A stretch of 61,503 bases of DNA, the filler included, from Choristocarpus tenellus KU-1152 (lineage: Eukaryota; Protista; Phaeophyceae), in the NCBI GenBank assembly GCA_964200185.2. It is 11 parts of 11 records of this genome, joined end to end, with 100 filler letters (N's around TTAATTAATTAA, not from the genome) between each part and the next. Parts side by side here need not be neighbours in the genome. Positions count along the whole stretch, not along the records: positions 1 to 3,929 come from CAXNAD020017090.1; positions 4,030 to 9,065 come from CAXNAD020012095.1; positions 9,166 to 16,632 come from CAXNAD020006110.1; 8 more parts are not named here. One strand, written 5' to 3'. Below the pieces are notes generated by a model. The model was not told where the DNA came from. It made no database searches and saw nothing but the letters and a program-made list of their open reading frames with translations. Positions 1-12,230 of the stretch are shown piece by piece. Position 1 is the first letter of the stretch. Each line of letters opens with the position of its first letter. Both the position numbers and the translations under genes were made by a program.

Positions 1-1697
1 CTCAAAAAATCCTCACAACACACATCACTCCCCCATGTCCCCTCCTCCCCCAAGTTAGAACTACCCCCCCCCCCCCCCCCCCCCACCCCTTCCCTCCATC
101 CTTCTTCTCTTAATCTCAGTCCCTGCATCACTCCGATATATCAATCAGAGTGCTTGTGGTGTGGTGAACTATTATCGTTTGCAATCTGGTTTAGTCAAGA
201 AGAAGTTAAAAGTGATCTTGTCGCCCGTACCTCCTGTATCCCTCCCGCAAAATGTTGGTACAGAACAAACAAAAAACACAGGAGAGGCAAGCTTTCATCA
301 GTTTTTTTTTTTAATCGAATTTGCATCCAGGGCCTTTCACCAACTAGATTTTTTTTATTCTTCTTTTTTACTACTGATTAAAAAAAATAAAAATAAAAAC
401 TGAACACGTTTTTTTGTTTTTTTTTGTAAAAAAAAAAAATCTACAATCTCTGGCAATGAGCCGATGGTGAAATGTACGGTTTTGGTGAGAAGGAGGTGCT
501 TGCTGTGCCCCCAAAGGAGGGTCACCAAAGGTAGGAATGATGCGGTAATAGGAGCAGTACTTGTATCGGTGATTTCTCCTATGAAGAGGTTGATCGCCTA
601 CCCAATAATTGTTATTTTCTTCTTCTCTTTTCACCTCGCCCGTTTCTTGCATCTTTTATTTTTTTCACATGAATCGAGCACGACCGATAGCGACGATCCC
701 CCATCTCTCTACAAACTCATTCCCCTGTGCATTCCATTTCATCTGGCGAGGGTTCGAATCGCGCCTCCTGCCGCCTGCCCCTGTAGAGGGGGTTTGGTTT
801 TAATTTTTTTTTTTGTAATCAACTCAGTGAAAATAAAATAAAATATATATATATATTTTTTTAATGTGTGTGTATTTTGGTGTCGAGTAGTCAACTCGAC
901 CAAATCGTTTTTTCTTTTTATTTTAAACCGAGCAATCAACTTTACCAATATTTTTTTTTTTTAGCTGAGTGATCGAACTCGGCCAATACCCCTGCAAGGA
1001 AGGGTCAGTCAATATATAGAGCCAGTGCTGTTTATACCCGGTACCGTGAGGGCGCGTGTCCAATTTATCATCCCGTAACATCTGGACTAACTCATGGTCC
1101 ATCTTATCTCACAAGAGGTGTAGTAACCCTATGTACAGGCAATTTTATTTTTTTTGTATTTCTGAGGAAGAGCCCTCAGGCGATGGATTTTTGAAAGGTA
1201 TCCTGAGCAGGTTTCGTCGTTGACAACAGTGGACAATGGTGTGTGTGTGTGATGGGTGATGGTGTGTGTCTCTTAAAGAATGTATGTACATACATGAGTG
1301 TGTGTATCAGGAACAAATACATGTAGCACTCTACATAGTAAAGAATATATATACATATACATACATATATATATATATTCGCATGTGTGTCCGGAACAAA
1401 TACGTGTGGTAATCTACATAGCATGCATATTCTGACCCTAACCCTAAGTAAATGGGATTTACTTGCACGTGAATGTAACATACACTCACTCGGGTACGTT
1501 TATTATTTGTTTGTTTCCTTGTTTGGGTGATGTTGTTAATAGTCGAGTGATGAGACCAGAAGAGAGGAAGGTTTTTTCCACAGTTTCGTTTGTTTTTCGT
1601 GTGTGTTGTCTCTTCAGAGGCATGGTGTGTTCACCTCTGCTATTGATGTGCAGGTGGGGGGCAAGACCTTTATTTTCCACTGTATTTCTGAGTCTCC

Positions 1698-1736
<39 letters not shown>

Positions 1737-2218
1737 GCACACACTCTCTCTGTCTCTTATAAAGATCTGTTTCGTCTTGGGCAACTCTCTCTCCAACAAG
1801 GAAAAGAGTCTGTTAATAATCTCTTCCCTGAGTGAAGCGGAAAGTAACTGTGTGGCGGCGAACCTGTAGGGTACCTCTTTTATGCACGGTCTATTTGAAC
1901 CTGTAGATTGGGATTGGAGATTTTTATTTATTTATTTATTTTTTGGGGGGGGAGGGCCTTGGACAAGAAAGTTCTGCATCGAACTTCTTTTAAATTTTCG
2001 CCTGAGTGCGCTCGGATTGGAACGGTATATAGCTTTTTCGATTAAATTTAAATTTAAGTAAAATAAAAAGAATTATGTACCTGCCGTAGGTTGCATAGTC
2101 CATGGGCGCGCTCTACTTTATAGTTTTAATTTTACAGGTGTTTTTTTTTCATCTTTTTTGGCTGATGATGTTGATGATAGTGTGGCTCATAGATACCCCC
2201 CTCCCCACCCATCCCAAG

Positions 2219-2305
2219 GTTCGGCGACTCTCGGCAGAGAAAGAGGTGTTGGAGGAGAAACAGGTTGCAGCTGTAAAGGCAGCAGAGAACAAGCTAAACA
2301 ACCAT
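2219..2305 (+). CDS. Isolated internal exon, coiled-coil-like protein (VRRLSAEKEVLEEKQVAAVKAAENKLNNH)
   Basis: Pyrimidine tract then caag| acceptor; 87-nt phase 0-0 open exon; |gtgaga donor; heptad-like E/K/A composition. Confidence 0.55.
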
Positions 2306-2520
2306 GTGAGAGGGGCATATTATGACCTACTTCCTGTTCATACCAACGATCAACAAGCATGGTGCTACGAATAGTGGGTTCAAATGCTTATGTAGTAGGG
2401 GAGTGTATTGTCACAAGATGTATATCCCCCTCCCCCTCCCCCTCCCCCTCCCCCTATTTTCTTTACTGGTAGTTGCAATGTGTCGGGCTTAGGGTTAGAG
2501 GTTGGGGAGGATGTGTCACA

Positions 2521-2663
2521 GTTATGTGTTACAGTTATGCGTTGCAGTTATGTGTTGCAGTTATGTGTTACAGTTACGTGTTGCAGTTATGTGTTGCAGT
2601 TACGTGTTACAGTTACGTGTTACAGTTATGTGTTGCAGTTACGTGTTACAGTTATGTGTTACA
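2521..2663. repeat. 13-bp tandem minisatellite, about 11 copies (GTTAYGTGTTRCA)
   Basis: Units read directly; explains the spurious repetitive ORFs at 2408-2779. Confidence 0.95.
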
Positions 2664-3104
2664 GTTGTAGATATTCGGACGCGTTTCTGTGCTTGATCTA
2701 TTTTGTAGGATGTCTTTTGTTGTCCTGGGGTAGGGGATCGACACGGGGGGGGGGGGCAGGGAAAGGAGAATGCCACTAATAGTTAAACGGNNNNNNNTTT
2801 TTTTGTTTTTTATTTTTTTTGGGGGTTTTTTTGTGTGTCCGGGGGGGGGGGCTCCAACGGGGGGGGGGGGGGGCAGGGAAAGGAGAATGCCACTAATAGT
2901 TAAACGACTCTTGATTTATCGATAGTTTATTGAAGTGCAAGAGTCGCGGTTTGCCCCCAAGAACATTAACTAGAGAGCCTAAGCACCCAGGGAAAACAAT
3001 GGGTATCAGGGAAGTAAATATTTAAAAAATAGTTTTAAAAAAACCTGGCAGCATGCTAATATCGATGACGATTCGGAGATTCCCTCCAACCAGCTATTGG
3101 GGGG

Positions 3105-3332
3105 CATTAGGGTTAGGGTTAGTATGACGTTGTGAGGTATACCACCAATATTAATATTTAGATATGCTGTTTTCGTTATGTATTAGGGTTAGGGTTAGTA
3201 TGATGTTGTGAGGTATACCACCAATATTAATATTTAGATACGCTGTTTTCGTTATGTATTAGGGTTAGGGTTAGTATGACGTTGTGTGGTATACCACCAA
3301 TATTAATATTTAGATACGCTGTTTTCGTTATG
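3105..3332. repeat. 76-bp tandem repeat x3, each unit carrying TTAGGGTTAGGGTTAG
   Basis: Near-identical units start at about 3105, 3181 and 3257. Confidence 0.93.
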
Positions 3333-3491
3333 CATTAATTAAGTGTTTTATAACGTTGCCACTTTTCTTTTTTATTTCACAGTTGATTGCACCGGTGGAC
3401 TGACTCTCTATCACTTGTACATATTGTACTTCTTTATCACTTGTACATACTGTACTTTGATGGATATGGACCTCTGCCGCGTAGTCTGAGT

Positions 3492-3526
3492 GTTAGTGTT
3501 AGGGTTAGGGTTAGGGTTAGGGTTAG
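3492..3526 (+). repeat. Interstitial telomeric repeat (TTAGGG)4-5
   Basis: gttagtgttagggttagggttagggttagggttag. Confidence 0.9.
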
Positions 3527-3929
3527 ATGAGAGGGAAAGAGATTGAGATCAGTGATTGGTATACATCCCGTGTGTGGGATATTTGCGTTTTTGTTGTTGT
3601 TGTGGTTGGTGGTAGATGTAATGATGAATGATGAATGAGGGATGAGGAATGATGAATGAGGAATGAATGATGAGGTTAGCAGGACACTTTTGCTTTTTTT
3701 ATCAGAGGGGTTGTTTGAGAGATTTGGAACTGTGTGGGGAAATAGTGTTAGGGATATATGGATGGATGGATGGCATTTTTATTATTTTATGTTGTTGACA
3801 AGACTATTCTGTTGTATTTGCATTTGTGATGATTGTGCATGCAGTATATATATGTAGAGCTCTAGTCTCCTGGGTGTTACTGGAGGGCATGTGGTTGCAG
3901 TGCAGATGGGATGGGGGTGGGGGAGGGAG

Positions 3930-4029
3930 NNNNNNNNNNNNNNNNNNNNNNNNNNNNNNNNNNNNNNNNNNNNTTAATTAATTAANNNNNNNNNNNNNNN
4001 NNNNNNNNNNNNNNNNNNNNNNNNNNNNN
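3930..4029. other. Artificial contig-joining linker (first of 10)
   Basis: 44 N + TTAATTAATTAA (stops in all six frames) + 44 N. Identical linkers at 9066-9165, 16633-16732, 21969-22068, 25560-25659, 30686-30785, 34472-34571, 43125-43224, 48661-48760 and 58167-58266, giving 11 unlinked contigs. Confidence 0.98.
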
Positions 4030-4123
4030 ATATGTATTTTTTGCATTTAAAAAAAAAATACATATCGACACTTTATCCCAGTCAATTTTGGTTCAAGTCC
4101 ATCCTCAATGAAAAGCTCCATCC

Positions 4124-4700
4124 TCAATTTTTGAAATCGGCTGTTTCAGGGATGAGGTAGAACCATGCTTCGTCGACGTGAATCATCTTGCACCCACTCA
4201 CCCAGCTGTTGCGGTTCTTGGAGCTTGGTCGAGGATAAAGTCTATCCTGTTTTCCTTGTGAGAACGACAGGCTCGGGGTAATGCACTGTTTTATCCTTGT
4301 TGCTCCCATCAATTTGAGCCAGCGGTGAAGTTTCGAGCTTCCAGCTACGAGACCGACATCGGCTACCTTGACTCCGAGTTGCTCAAGGGTCAGGGTCCGG
4401 TTTTGGGGGTTTACACGACGAATTTTCTCGTGCTTCGTTGGCGTTAAGTCGGACGGCTGGCTGGTTCTTGGCACTGATTTCAGGGAAACTGTGTTCCCGT
4501 TCTTGAGTTGGTCTAGGACACGTGCACTACCACAATTTCCTCGAGTAACTGTTGCTCACTCCAAACAAGTCTGCTAACTCGGGTCTAACCCCTTTCAGAA
4601 GCTGTTGTTTTCTGGGAGTTGACAAAGCGTAGCGGAGGATCAACATGGTCCAGCCTTTCTCATTCAGTTCGGAATTCTTTCCTCGAGATGGTGCGCTCTC
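4124..4700 (-). mobile_element. Degenerate mariner-like (plant/oomycete DD39D-type) transposase, N-terminal HTH through the first catalytic Asp
   Basis: Frameshifted frames give ...LLKGVRPELADLFGVS... (HTH-like) and ...KLHRWLK...MIHVDEAWFYL, matching the (V/I)HxDEKWFY motif of DD39D mariners. Confidence 0.7.
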
Positions 4701-4956
4701 TGGGAGAGACGATAGACTAGATGGGGAGGCTATGTGGGTGATGGTGCTTGCCGCGTGGTGGTGTGAGTACTGTGAGACCGTAGATGTCTGGAAAACGGAG
4801 TGGCACCACTCCAAATTGTACTGAAAGTTCATCTGGAATGTTGTACTTCTATAATTCTACTCCGAACCAACTTGGAACACACTATTCTCACCAACTATTA
4901 TGTCAGATTTGGTTGATTCAGAGCCTTTCGTTTTCAGTTATTGTTCAGAATTTCTA

Positions 4957-5690
4957 CAGTGTTGGCAGTCGCCTCCTGCATCAACTTTGTCGTGCCATAA
5001 CTTTTGATCAACAATTTTAATTATGAAAATTCGTTTGTTGTAATTGCATCAACATGTTTAACCTTATTTGGGTCTCGGTTGGTCAGATTACAGTAATCGT
5101 GAGAAATACAGGAGCATACTTAAATCAAGTGGTCCCAGCGCACGGTTCGCGCGGGGTGCCACGCGGTGCGCGCGAACCGCGCATATTTTATGATTTTGAC
5201 GCCTGAACAGGTCATCTTCACCCAGAGAACATGGACGTTGTTGTCTCTCTATTTCTTTCCATTATTTCCCATTTATGCGATGTTGTCACCTGCTGGCTAA
5301 TGCTCACTCATGGGGGCCCAGGCCTCTGAACCAGACAATCCATGCCAAGTCAAATGAGCTATTCTGAAGGTGCAGGCCTCCTATGGGACTTAAATTAAAT
5401 GTCTTGTGCACCCTGTCCAATTTGGTGCACTCCATGCCTTTTTCGTTGGAATATATCAGGTGGTAAGCAATGCTCAACCTGAAGAACCTCTCCACAATTA
5501 CTGTGGACAACCTACCTTCCTTGAAACTGACAGGAATGTTGGCTCTCATTCCAGGCAACGTATAGTCACATTGACCTCGTACATAGTGCTTAACCCACCC
5601 CTAGACCATCTCTATCGGGTTCAATTCACAGTGGCCCTTTGGAAGCACCAATCAGTGTCCTCCAAGATGCTCAACCAGAATCGTGTCCTG
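4957..5690 (-). mobile_element. 3' end of ITm (IS630/Tc1/mariner) DNA transposon, same family as 58267-60176
   Basis: Reverse-complement match to about 59460-60176. Encodes LPKGHCELNPIEMV* and MPGMRANIP...ERFFRLSIAYHL. Terminus CAGTGTTGGCAG is preceded by TA (4955-4956). Confidence 0.85.
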
Positions 5691-5744
5691 TGAGTGGCTT
5701 AAACAGTATTAAGCCGAGGTTAGCCCACTTACCGTTTTGGTGGT

Positions 5745-6057
5745 GACCAATCTTGATTTTGTTGAAAGGGTTGCCCAACGATTTAATCAATAATCAGCAT
5801 ATCAAATGAAAGCTCTGGATATAGTCTATCACTGGTGCATAGGAATTCTTTCGGAAAATTATGTTTGGTCATGATAATTCATCCCGGAGCATTTCCAAGG
5901 TTGTGCCGAAAACATTCGGTTAAAATTGAACCTTACCAAAAACAATTCCGAACAAATTCCTTTGCACGAGTGATAGCTTAGATCCAGAGCTTTCATTCGA
6001 CATGCTCATCGTTGTTTAACTCGTTGGGCAACCCTTTCAAAACAATCAAGACTGGTC
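5745..6057. repeat. Long imperfect palindrome (foldback/MITE-like), arms about 140 bp
   Basis: gaccaatcttgattt..gaaagggttgcccaacga..atgaaagctctggat pairs with atccagagctttcat..tcgttgggcaaccctttc..aatcaagactggtc. Confidence 0.8.
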
Positions 6058-6305
6058 TAATCCCAGAGGCTACTACCAACACTCTGCTTACATGTGAGGA
6101 TATGACATGCGATTTTTTTTTCATTTCCAGTCACTTTTGGTCGATTTTACTGTTTTTCCTAAATCTTCCATTTCCGAAATAAAAAAGTGTTGAGGGACAG
6201 GTTTCTCAATCATTTCCAACTGAAAAAATAGTTTGGAGGTATCTATGTCCAAGCCGAAGTTGTTGGGTTTCGAACATTATTTCTTAGTTCTGAAGCGCAC
6301 TTACT

Positions 6306-6600
6306 TTGAGGGTTCTTTTGACCTTCGTAGTTACAACCTTCGCGATGGAAAGTTTTGGACGACTTGGTAAGGAAGCAGAAAGTCTTCTGGATGAGTTGGC
6401 TACACACATGGTATGGAGGAGAGAGGAGGGAGGCTACAGCAGGAAAGGAGCTGTCAAATCCAGTCTAAGAAATATAGTGTCCATCACAACATAAGTAGTT
6501 CTATCAACACGTGTCATGCGTTTTAAGCTGAAGACACTAGAGAGATGGGCAAGGAGGGGCTTGCTAGATTCTTGGGACGCATATCTACCTCCTCGCCGGT
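6306..6600 (+). mobile_element. Non-LTR retrotransposon remnant, CRE-like clade, C-terminal restriction-like endonuclease region
   Basis: TTFAMESFGRLGKEAESLLDELATH...KGAVKSSLRNIVSITT*VVLSTRVMRFKL resembles the 'AVESFGRLG' C-terminal motif of CRE-type elements; internal stop. Confidence 0.7.
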
Positions 6601-6779
6601 GCAGGGCTAAGCTAGGTTGGAGGCATAGGAGGGCAGTGGTGTAGCATAGCTGGTAGCAAATGGGAAGTTTATGATGTAATGTGAGTTTTCCAGACGGGAG
6701 AATTCTGGAAGGAATGATGAATGGGGAATTGAGTGCTGATTAGGGTTAAAAAAAAGAAAAAGGAGAAGGTGGACTAAGA

Positions 6780-7015
6780 GAGCCAAAGTATCTTTTAGAG
6801 GGTAGAGCCGCGTCCATTTGGNNNNNNNNNNATGTAATTTTGGCTATCGTGTTTGTTGGGAAGTGTCAATGTCTATGTTTCGGACGTACCTTTCATAACG
6901 TATACATTTTACCTACTCCGAAACATTTTGGAGTCGGAAAATGTCATAAAAAACCCATGGGAAGCCAAGCCCCACAAACAGGGGGAAATTCGTACCCTCT
7001 AAGATAGTTTCACTC
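6780..7015 (+). mobile_element. MITE family A copy (GAG...CTC termini, Sola2-like)
   Basis: Begins GAGCCAAAGTATCT, ends GTACCCTCTAAGATAGTTTCACTC; homologous to 54112-54368; contains an internal N gap. Confidence 0.85.
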
Positions 7016-7309
7016 AGATTGAAGTACTGGGTGGCTAGAAGGCAGGAGAGGTAGGAGAGAAGTTAAAAGAAAAGGGTGGTTGGTGGAAAGCATGAGGTAG
7101 GAAGGAATAGATCAGAACTTAAGGAAACTTGAGGCCGGTGGGACAGGACAAGCAAGGCGAGAGCAAGGTAACCACCGAGCAATCTTTCCCACCCTTTCGA
7201 TTGCTCACTACCGGCTGGGATGCTGGGGAACAGGGGGAGGGAGATCAAGTTAAGGCAGGGTATTATGTCTTCTAGTTCAAAAGCATAGTAGTGAAGTGGA
7301 CGATGAAGG

Positions 7310-7755
7310 GGTGTTCTTGGATTAGTGTGGAGTAGTGTTGAGTGGTGTTAAATGGTGTGGTGGAGTGGAAAGTGGTGGAAGGTGATGTGGTGTTGAGTGG
7401 TGTTGAATGGTGGGGTGGAGTGGAAAGTGGTGTAAAGTGTCATGGGGTTAAGTGGTGTTAAATGGTGCGGTGAAGTGGAGAGTGGTGTGGGATTGAGTGG
7501 GGTGTATGGTGGGTTGGACCGGAAAGTGGTGGTGACTGGAAATAAGTGGCGAAGGGGTCATACTGGATGGTCATCGGGTGTGGTTGGTGACTGAAAGTAT
7601 ATGGCGAAGCGGTCACACTGGTTGAACATTGAATGTGGGTTGGTGACTGGAAATCAGTGGCGAAAAGGGTTTGTTCGCACTGGGTGGTCAAGGGATAGGT
7701 TGGTGACTGGAAGTCAGTGATGGAGGGGCTGCACTGGTTGGTCACGAGTGGTGTT
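7310..7755. repeat. Degenerate GT-rich minisatellite (gtggtgttaaatgg.. and ggttggtgactggaaatcagtggcgaa units)
   Basis: Two intergrading imperfect tandem arrays read directly. Confidence 0.75.
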
Positions 7756-8926
7756 ACAATGGGGGGATAGAATAGGTGGAATGCAAACAAAGAATAAAAT
7801 AATAATCCAGAATTGCGAGCAAAGCAAAGTGGTAAATAGATGATAGAAAAAGTGCTTTCACATTTACGACAACTGTTCTTCTACAGGCGCTGGTCTGATA
7901 ATTTATTGGCTTTTCATTGGTTTTTCCCCTGTGACACATGAGCTAAATGTCAAAGGGCATCATAATATCACATTTGAAAAAGATTTTCACAAAAAACCAT
8001 AGTGATACAAACTTATGCGATAGAATTCAAAATTCAAGATAGAACACAAATATGTCGTGTATTTGTTGTTTGGGTGGATGAGGTGATTTGTGTTTGCAAG
8101 ATGTATGTAGACACTGTACACTATATTTCGACACTCATTCGATCAAGGGTCAAATAATGTGTGAAAATAGTACATGTATAAATTCAAAAAATGCACAGAT
8201 ATGTGATAACACATTCTCACTTCACCAACATACATGTTCTTCATGATTTCTAATGAAAAATATCCTGAGAAATTTTTGAAGTACTATCTACAGGTGATAT
8301 TGGAGTATAAGTTGACCTTTGACATATCAATATGCATTTTTTATCGTGGACTGCTACAATACGCAGTGGAGATGGTCCAGACAGACCAGAAAAGGTTAGA
8401 CTTACAGGCAGTCAGGGTCCGGACATGGTATATTAGAATAATTGACCGGTCCGACCAGCGGACATGGACTGCGACATGTTAAGTAATTGGGGGATTGGTC
8501 CAGCTGGGAACACGGCATATGCCATCTCATCCTCCCTTGTGTGTTTTTTTTGCCTTCATGTTGAGGGCGATGAACTTGTTTGTAAAAACAAGATTCGTAA
8601 TATTTCCGAGAAAAAACTCGATGTATTACTTTCTGGGTTTATATGTTCTAGGAAGATTCACCGTAGAACTTAGGAAGTCGCTCTTATTGACACCTGGTAC
8701 TTCCAACAATACGGGTGCTCAACATTATCATGGTATCTATCCTTCTGCCTGTGCTACGCAACACATCTGGCCTCCTTGTGCTGTGGACAGGAAATCCACA
8801 CCTATACTGTCCAGTCACCCCACACCAAGCATGCCCCTCTCCTGGTTGTAGGCTCTTCTTGTTGTTCCTTTGTCCATGTTTTCCGTTTGCCAATGGCCAC
8901 CTCATTGGGAAACCTGCTGTAGTTTA

Positions 8927-9065
8927 GAGTGAAAGTATCTTAGATGGTACGAATTTTGCCCTGTTTGTCCATTTGGGACTTGGCTTCCCACAGGTGTTTT
9001 ATGACATTTTCCTACTCCAATATGTTTCGGAGTAGGTAAAATTTGCACGTTATGAAAAGGTGTGT
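8927..9065 (-). mobile_element. MITE family A copy, truncated by contig end
   Basis: Starts GAGTGAAAGTATCTTAGATGGTAC, the reverse complement of the right TIR, and continues in antisense homology. Confidence 0.85.
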
Positions 9066-9186
9066 NNNNNNNNNNNNNNNNNNNNNNNNNNNNNNNNNNN
9101 NNNNNNNNNTTAATTAATTAANNNNNNNNNNNNNNNNNNNNNNNNNNNNNNNNNNNNNNNNNNNNCGCGGGGGTGGCTGGGGGGGT

Positions 9187-9232
<46 letters not shown>

Positions 9233-10959
9233 GGTAGAACAACACAGAGGGTAACGATGACCTCTCGAACACAACTGTTTGCACCTCGGCTGTTGACACA
9301 TCAAGATTCTTCCCAATGTACCACATATTCTACCTCTGGTCTATTGCGTTACACCCTTCAATCGATTGTTGGTGCAGAGTGCAATCTCCGCCGCGAAAAA
9401 ACTCTTCAAACCAACCGTGCAACAACCGCTCGACCGACCGTCACTTCAAAAAAAAAAAGTGAAAAAAATGCTCACTTTTAGAGTCTCCAACGAATCAATC
9501 TACGCTGCTATCCAACAGAAAGAGAAGAAGAAAAAAAAACTGAAAAGGTTTTGTTCCGTGCTCCCCAAGTTTGTTTTTTTCAACTGTGGAAATAATGAAC
9601 ATGTTTTATAAATTGTGTCAACTTCCAACAACAGTGGGGAAGAGCCAACCGATATCAAAAGAAAAGGAAAAAAAAAGACGGGGAATCTAAAGGCGAGAGC
9701 GTCTAGATCCATCCCCATCTTTTCGTGCGTGTGTGTTTCAGGGGATGTACCCTCCTCCAGAACACCATTTCGTGGCATGTGCAATTCCACTGGATGATCA
9801 AGTAGGTACAAGGAAATGAAAAAAGATGTGAGCGCAAGCGCTCTCTTCCTTGCCATCCTCCCCCACCCCCAAAAAAAAAAAAATCTAAAGAGACAAAATT
9901 TTAATTTTGAGTCCTGGAAAGAAATTTTATTTCTTAATTCCTGAAACAAAAACAACAAAAATAAAGGTATGGAACAAGGGCAAAAGGTACGTGACTATCC
10001 CTTCAGTGCTTGTAGCCTTTCTTTGCCTTTTACTCACAAAAGCATACTCTTTGCATTCTTGAGCCCAAAAAACTGACAGAGGGGCATAATTTTCAACTCT
10101 GGACAAGGACATCTCACCGATACCCCCCTTCCCTCCCACCCCCCACTGTTCAAATTTCCAGTCCCCTCATGAAACTCTTCCTTCACAAGTTCACCGCGAC
10201 CGATCTTGACCCAAAAAGGCCTCCGTAGGATATGCAATACTTATCCAAATCAACCATAAACCCTCATCTCATTCCACCATATCTACCCATCAAAACACAC
10301 ACAATCACAGGTTCTTCTCACTCCTAAAGGCCAAGCCCTTGAGGACTAAAGCAACAAAAAAAGAGCTCCTAAATCTACATTTATCACCCCCCCACACACA
10401 ACTTCCATAAGACTGCTGCTATCGTATGTCACTTCCCAGCTTCAACACCAACATCCCCCACTACCACTCAGCCCTACCCAGCCCAACCCAGCCCACATTT
10501 CCATCTCTGCTTCTTAAGGCTTCAGCAGTGCAGACTAAACAACTTGCATATAAATCCTGCTACAAAGAAGAATATGAGATCATCACGACACCTCCCTACA
10601 TATGACAGTTGGTAACAGAATCAAAATGAGGGCTAGTACTAAAATGAAAGGGCAACATTTCACTCAAAAAAATTCCCACCACTCTTCTAGGCCCACAACT
10701 CCAACTTGCCTTTTGAAAGGTTTCTACACTCCAATGTATGCCTTAAATTGGGTGCTGACCCCAAACCTACTTCATTGACTGCTTTAGGGTTTGGGTGTCT
10801 GATTTGGCGACTCAATCAGAGTTGACACAAACAATTCAACAGGGAATGTGGGGCAACCTTCTCTGGTTAGCTTTCACCTCAACCCAACCCTAACCCTAAC
10901 CCGAAGATGGAGCTGAGAAGAAGGCATTAAACCCTCAAACCCTTAATGAGCACAACGTA

Positions 10960-11080
10960 ATGTTACGGTACTTGTTACGGTACTTGTTACAGTACTTGTT
11001 ACAGTACTTGTTTCAGTAATCATTACCCTTAATGAGCGTAACGTAATGTTACGGTACTTGTTACGGTACTTGTTTCAGTA
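10960..11080. repeat. 12-bp tandem repeat (GTTACGGTACTT) within a short local duplication
   Basis: Direct reading; flank cccttaatgagc..aacgtaat is duplicated. Confidence 0.85.
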
Positions 11081-11952
11081 GTCATTATCGAAGGTCTGTC
11101 TATATGAACACTTTTACTATTGTGTGTTGTTGCGTTAATTCTCTTTTGCATTTCTTTCTTCCTCCCTGAGAGTAACAGCATTAGGAACATAAAAATAGGA
11201 ATCTGCATGAATATCACATTTAAAAAAATAGCAAGGAAAAATTAAATGCAAAAAAAAAAGAGAGTGAATTGCACAGAAAATATGGGCATCGTGCATGAAA
11301 AGTGTAGGAGTATCTACATAACCTTACTTCATTGTGATCGTTTTTGCAAAAAATATATATTGCCGTGGAACCTTCCATCCTCTCTTCCCAAACAAAAGGC
11401 ACACCTACTCAAGAATAGGAGAATGTTTCTCTCCTGCTTCTGTCCCAAAAATAAGCAAGAACATGTATATATACAGAAACTAGTGATGTCATAAAAAAAG
11501 GGGTGTGTTGTTGAGTGTTGAGGGACCCCATGGTTACCTTGGGGTACATGTGTTTTGGACACTAGAGAGGAGTCTTTTGACTAGCAATGTTTTCATGGCT
11601 TATCTGCTCTTCTACAGTACCAACTTTGTAAGCAGGGGTAATTGCATTTCAAGCATGGATATAGTGTATATTGCAAAGGACTCAAAAAGTCATGAAACTC
11701 AAAACAGTCAAAGGTGACCCCCTTCTTCAGTCGTGTGGTTCTATGTGGGTGGGTCAAAAAAAATAGATGCATTTTACAGTTTTCAAGATTTTTCAATCAT
11801 GGGTGTTTCTCAATTCATATGAAGGCTTTGTTGAGTCCCACCCCCAAAATCGCAGTGGGTTTGAGCTCGCAAGAAAGAATGATTGTATTACCATGAGAAA
11901 TATTATGCAGACGGTAATGGGTATTAAAAATATTGTAATCCAAAAAATCAAA

Positions 11953-12230
11953 ACGTAGTGGACATCACTGTTGTAGGCCGTTAACAACGATTCAAAATCG
12001 AGGCAAAACTTCACTCCAAAATCATTCAATTCACACTCTGACGGAATCGGGAAGTTGAACATAATTTCCCTCACCACGTGCTCCAATAGGTTCTCGGCCA
12101 CGGCCAAGTCCGCCACCATTTTGAGAGAAGCCGCTGTGGGATTGGCCTTGAGCTTTCGCAGGGCCCGCTTTGCCCGTCCCAACCCCTTCTTCTTTCCATT
12201 TGGCCGGCGAAAAAAGCCAAAGAGAGCCAT
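11953..12230 (-). CDS. Probable first exon of a hypothetical protein (MALFGFFRRPNGKKKGLGRAKRALRKLKANP...); possible later exons near 11325-11404 and 10140-10250
   Basis: GC-richer ATG-initiated ORF with protein-like composition that turns into AT-rich intron-like sequence at about 11950. Donor position is approximate and no family was recognised. Confidence 0.45.

Noticed and set aside
371-841. Overlapping ORFs at the start of the window
   Set aside because: No consistent splice sites or recognisable protein motif in any frame.
2745-2906. Direct repeat flanking a short N gap
   Set aside because: Duplicated overlap next to poly-G and low-quality T/G sequence: scaffolding artefact.
3930-4029. 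TTAATTAATTAA recurring ten times in N runs, which could look like a conserved motif or array
   Set aside because: Fixed 44N-12-44N format with stops in six frames marks an artificial contig linker. Genes on different contigs therefore cannot be treated as a cluster.
8684-8920. Cys-containing minus-strand fragment suggesting a piggyBac C-terminal domain
   Set aside because: Too degenerate; no TTAA/TIR or DDD core could be found to support it.
9166-9230. Long poly-G/poly-C runs (also near 64-85, 29260, 30614, 43070) as G-quadruplexes or Gly/Pro-rich ORFs
   Set aside because: They sit at contig ends or gaps with degraded flanks, so lengths are unreliable and the ORFs are spurious.
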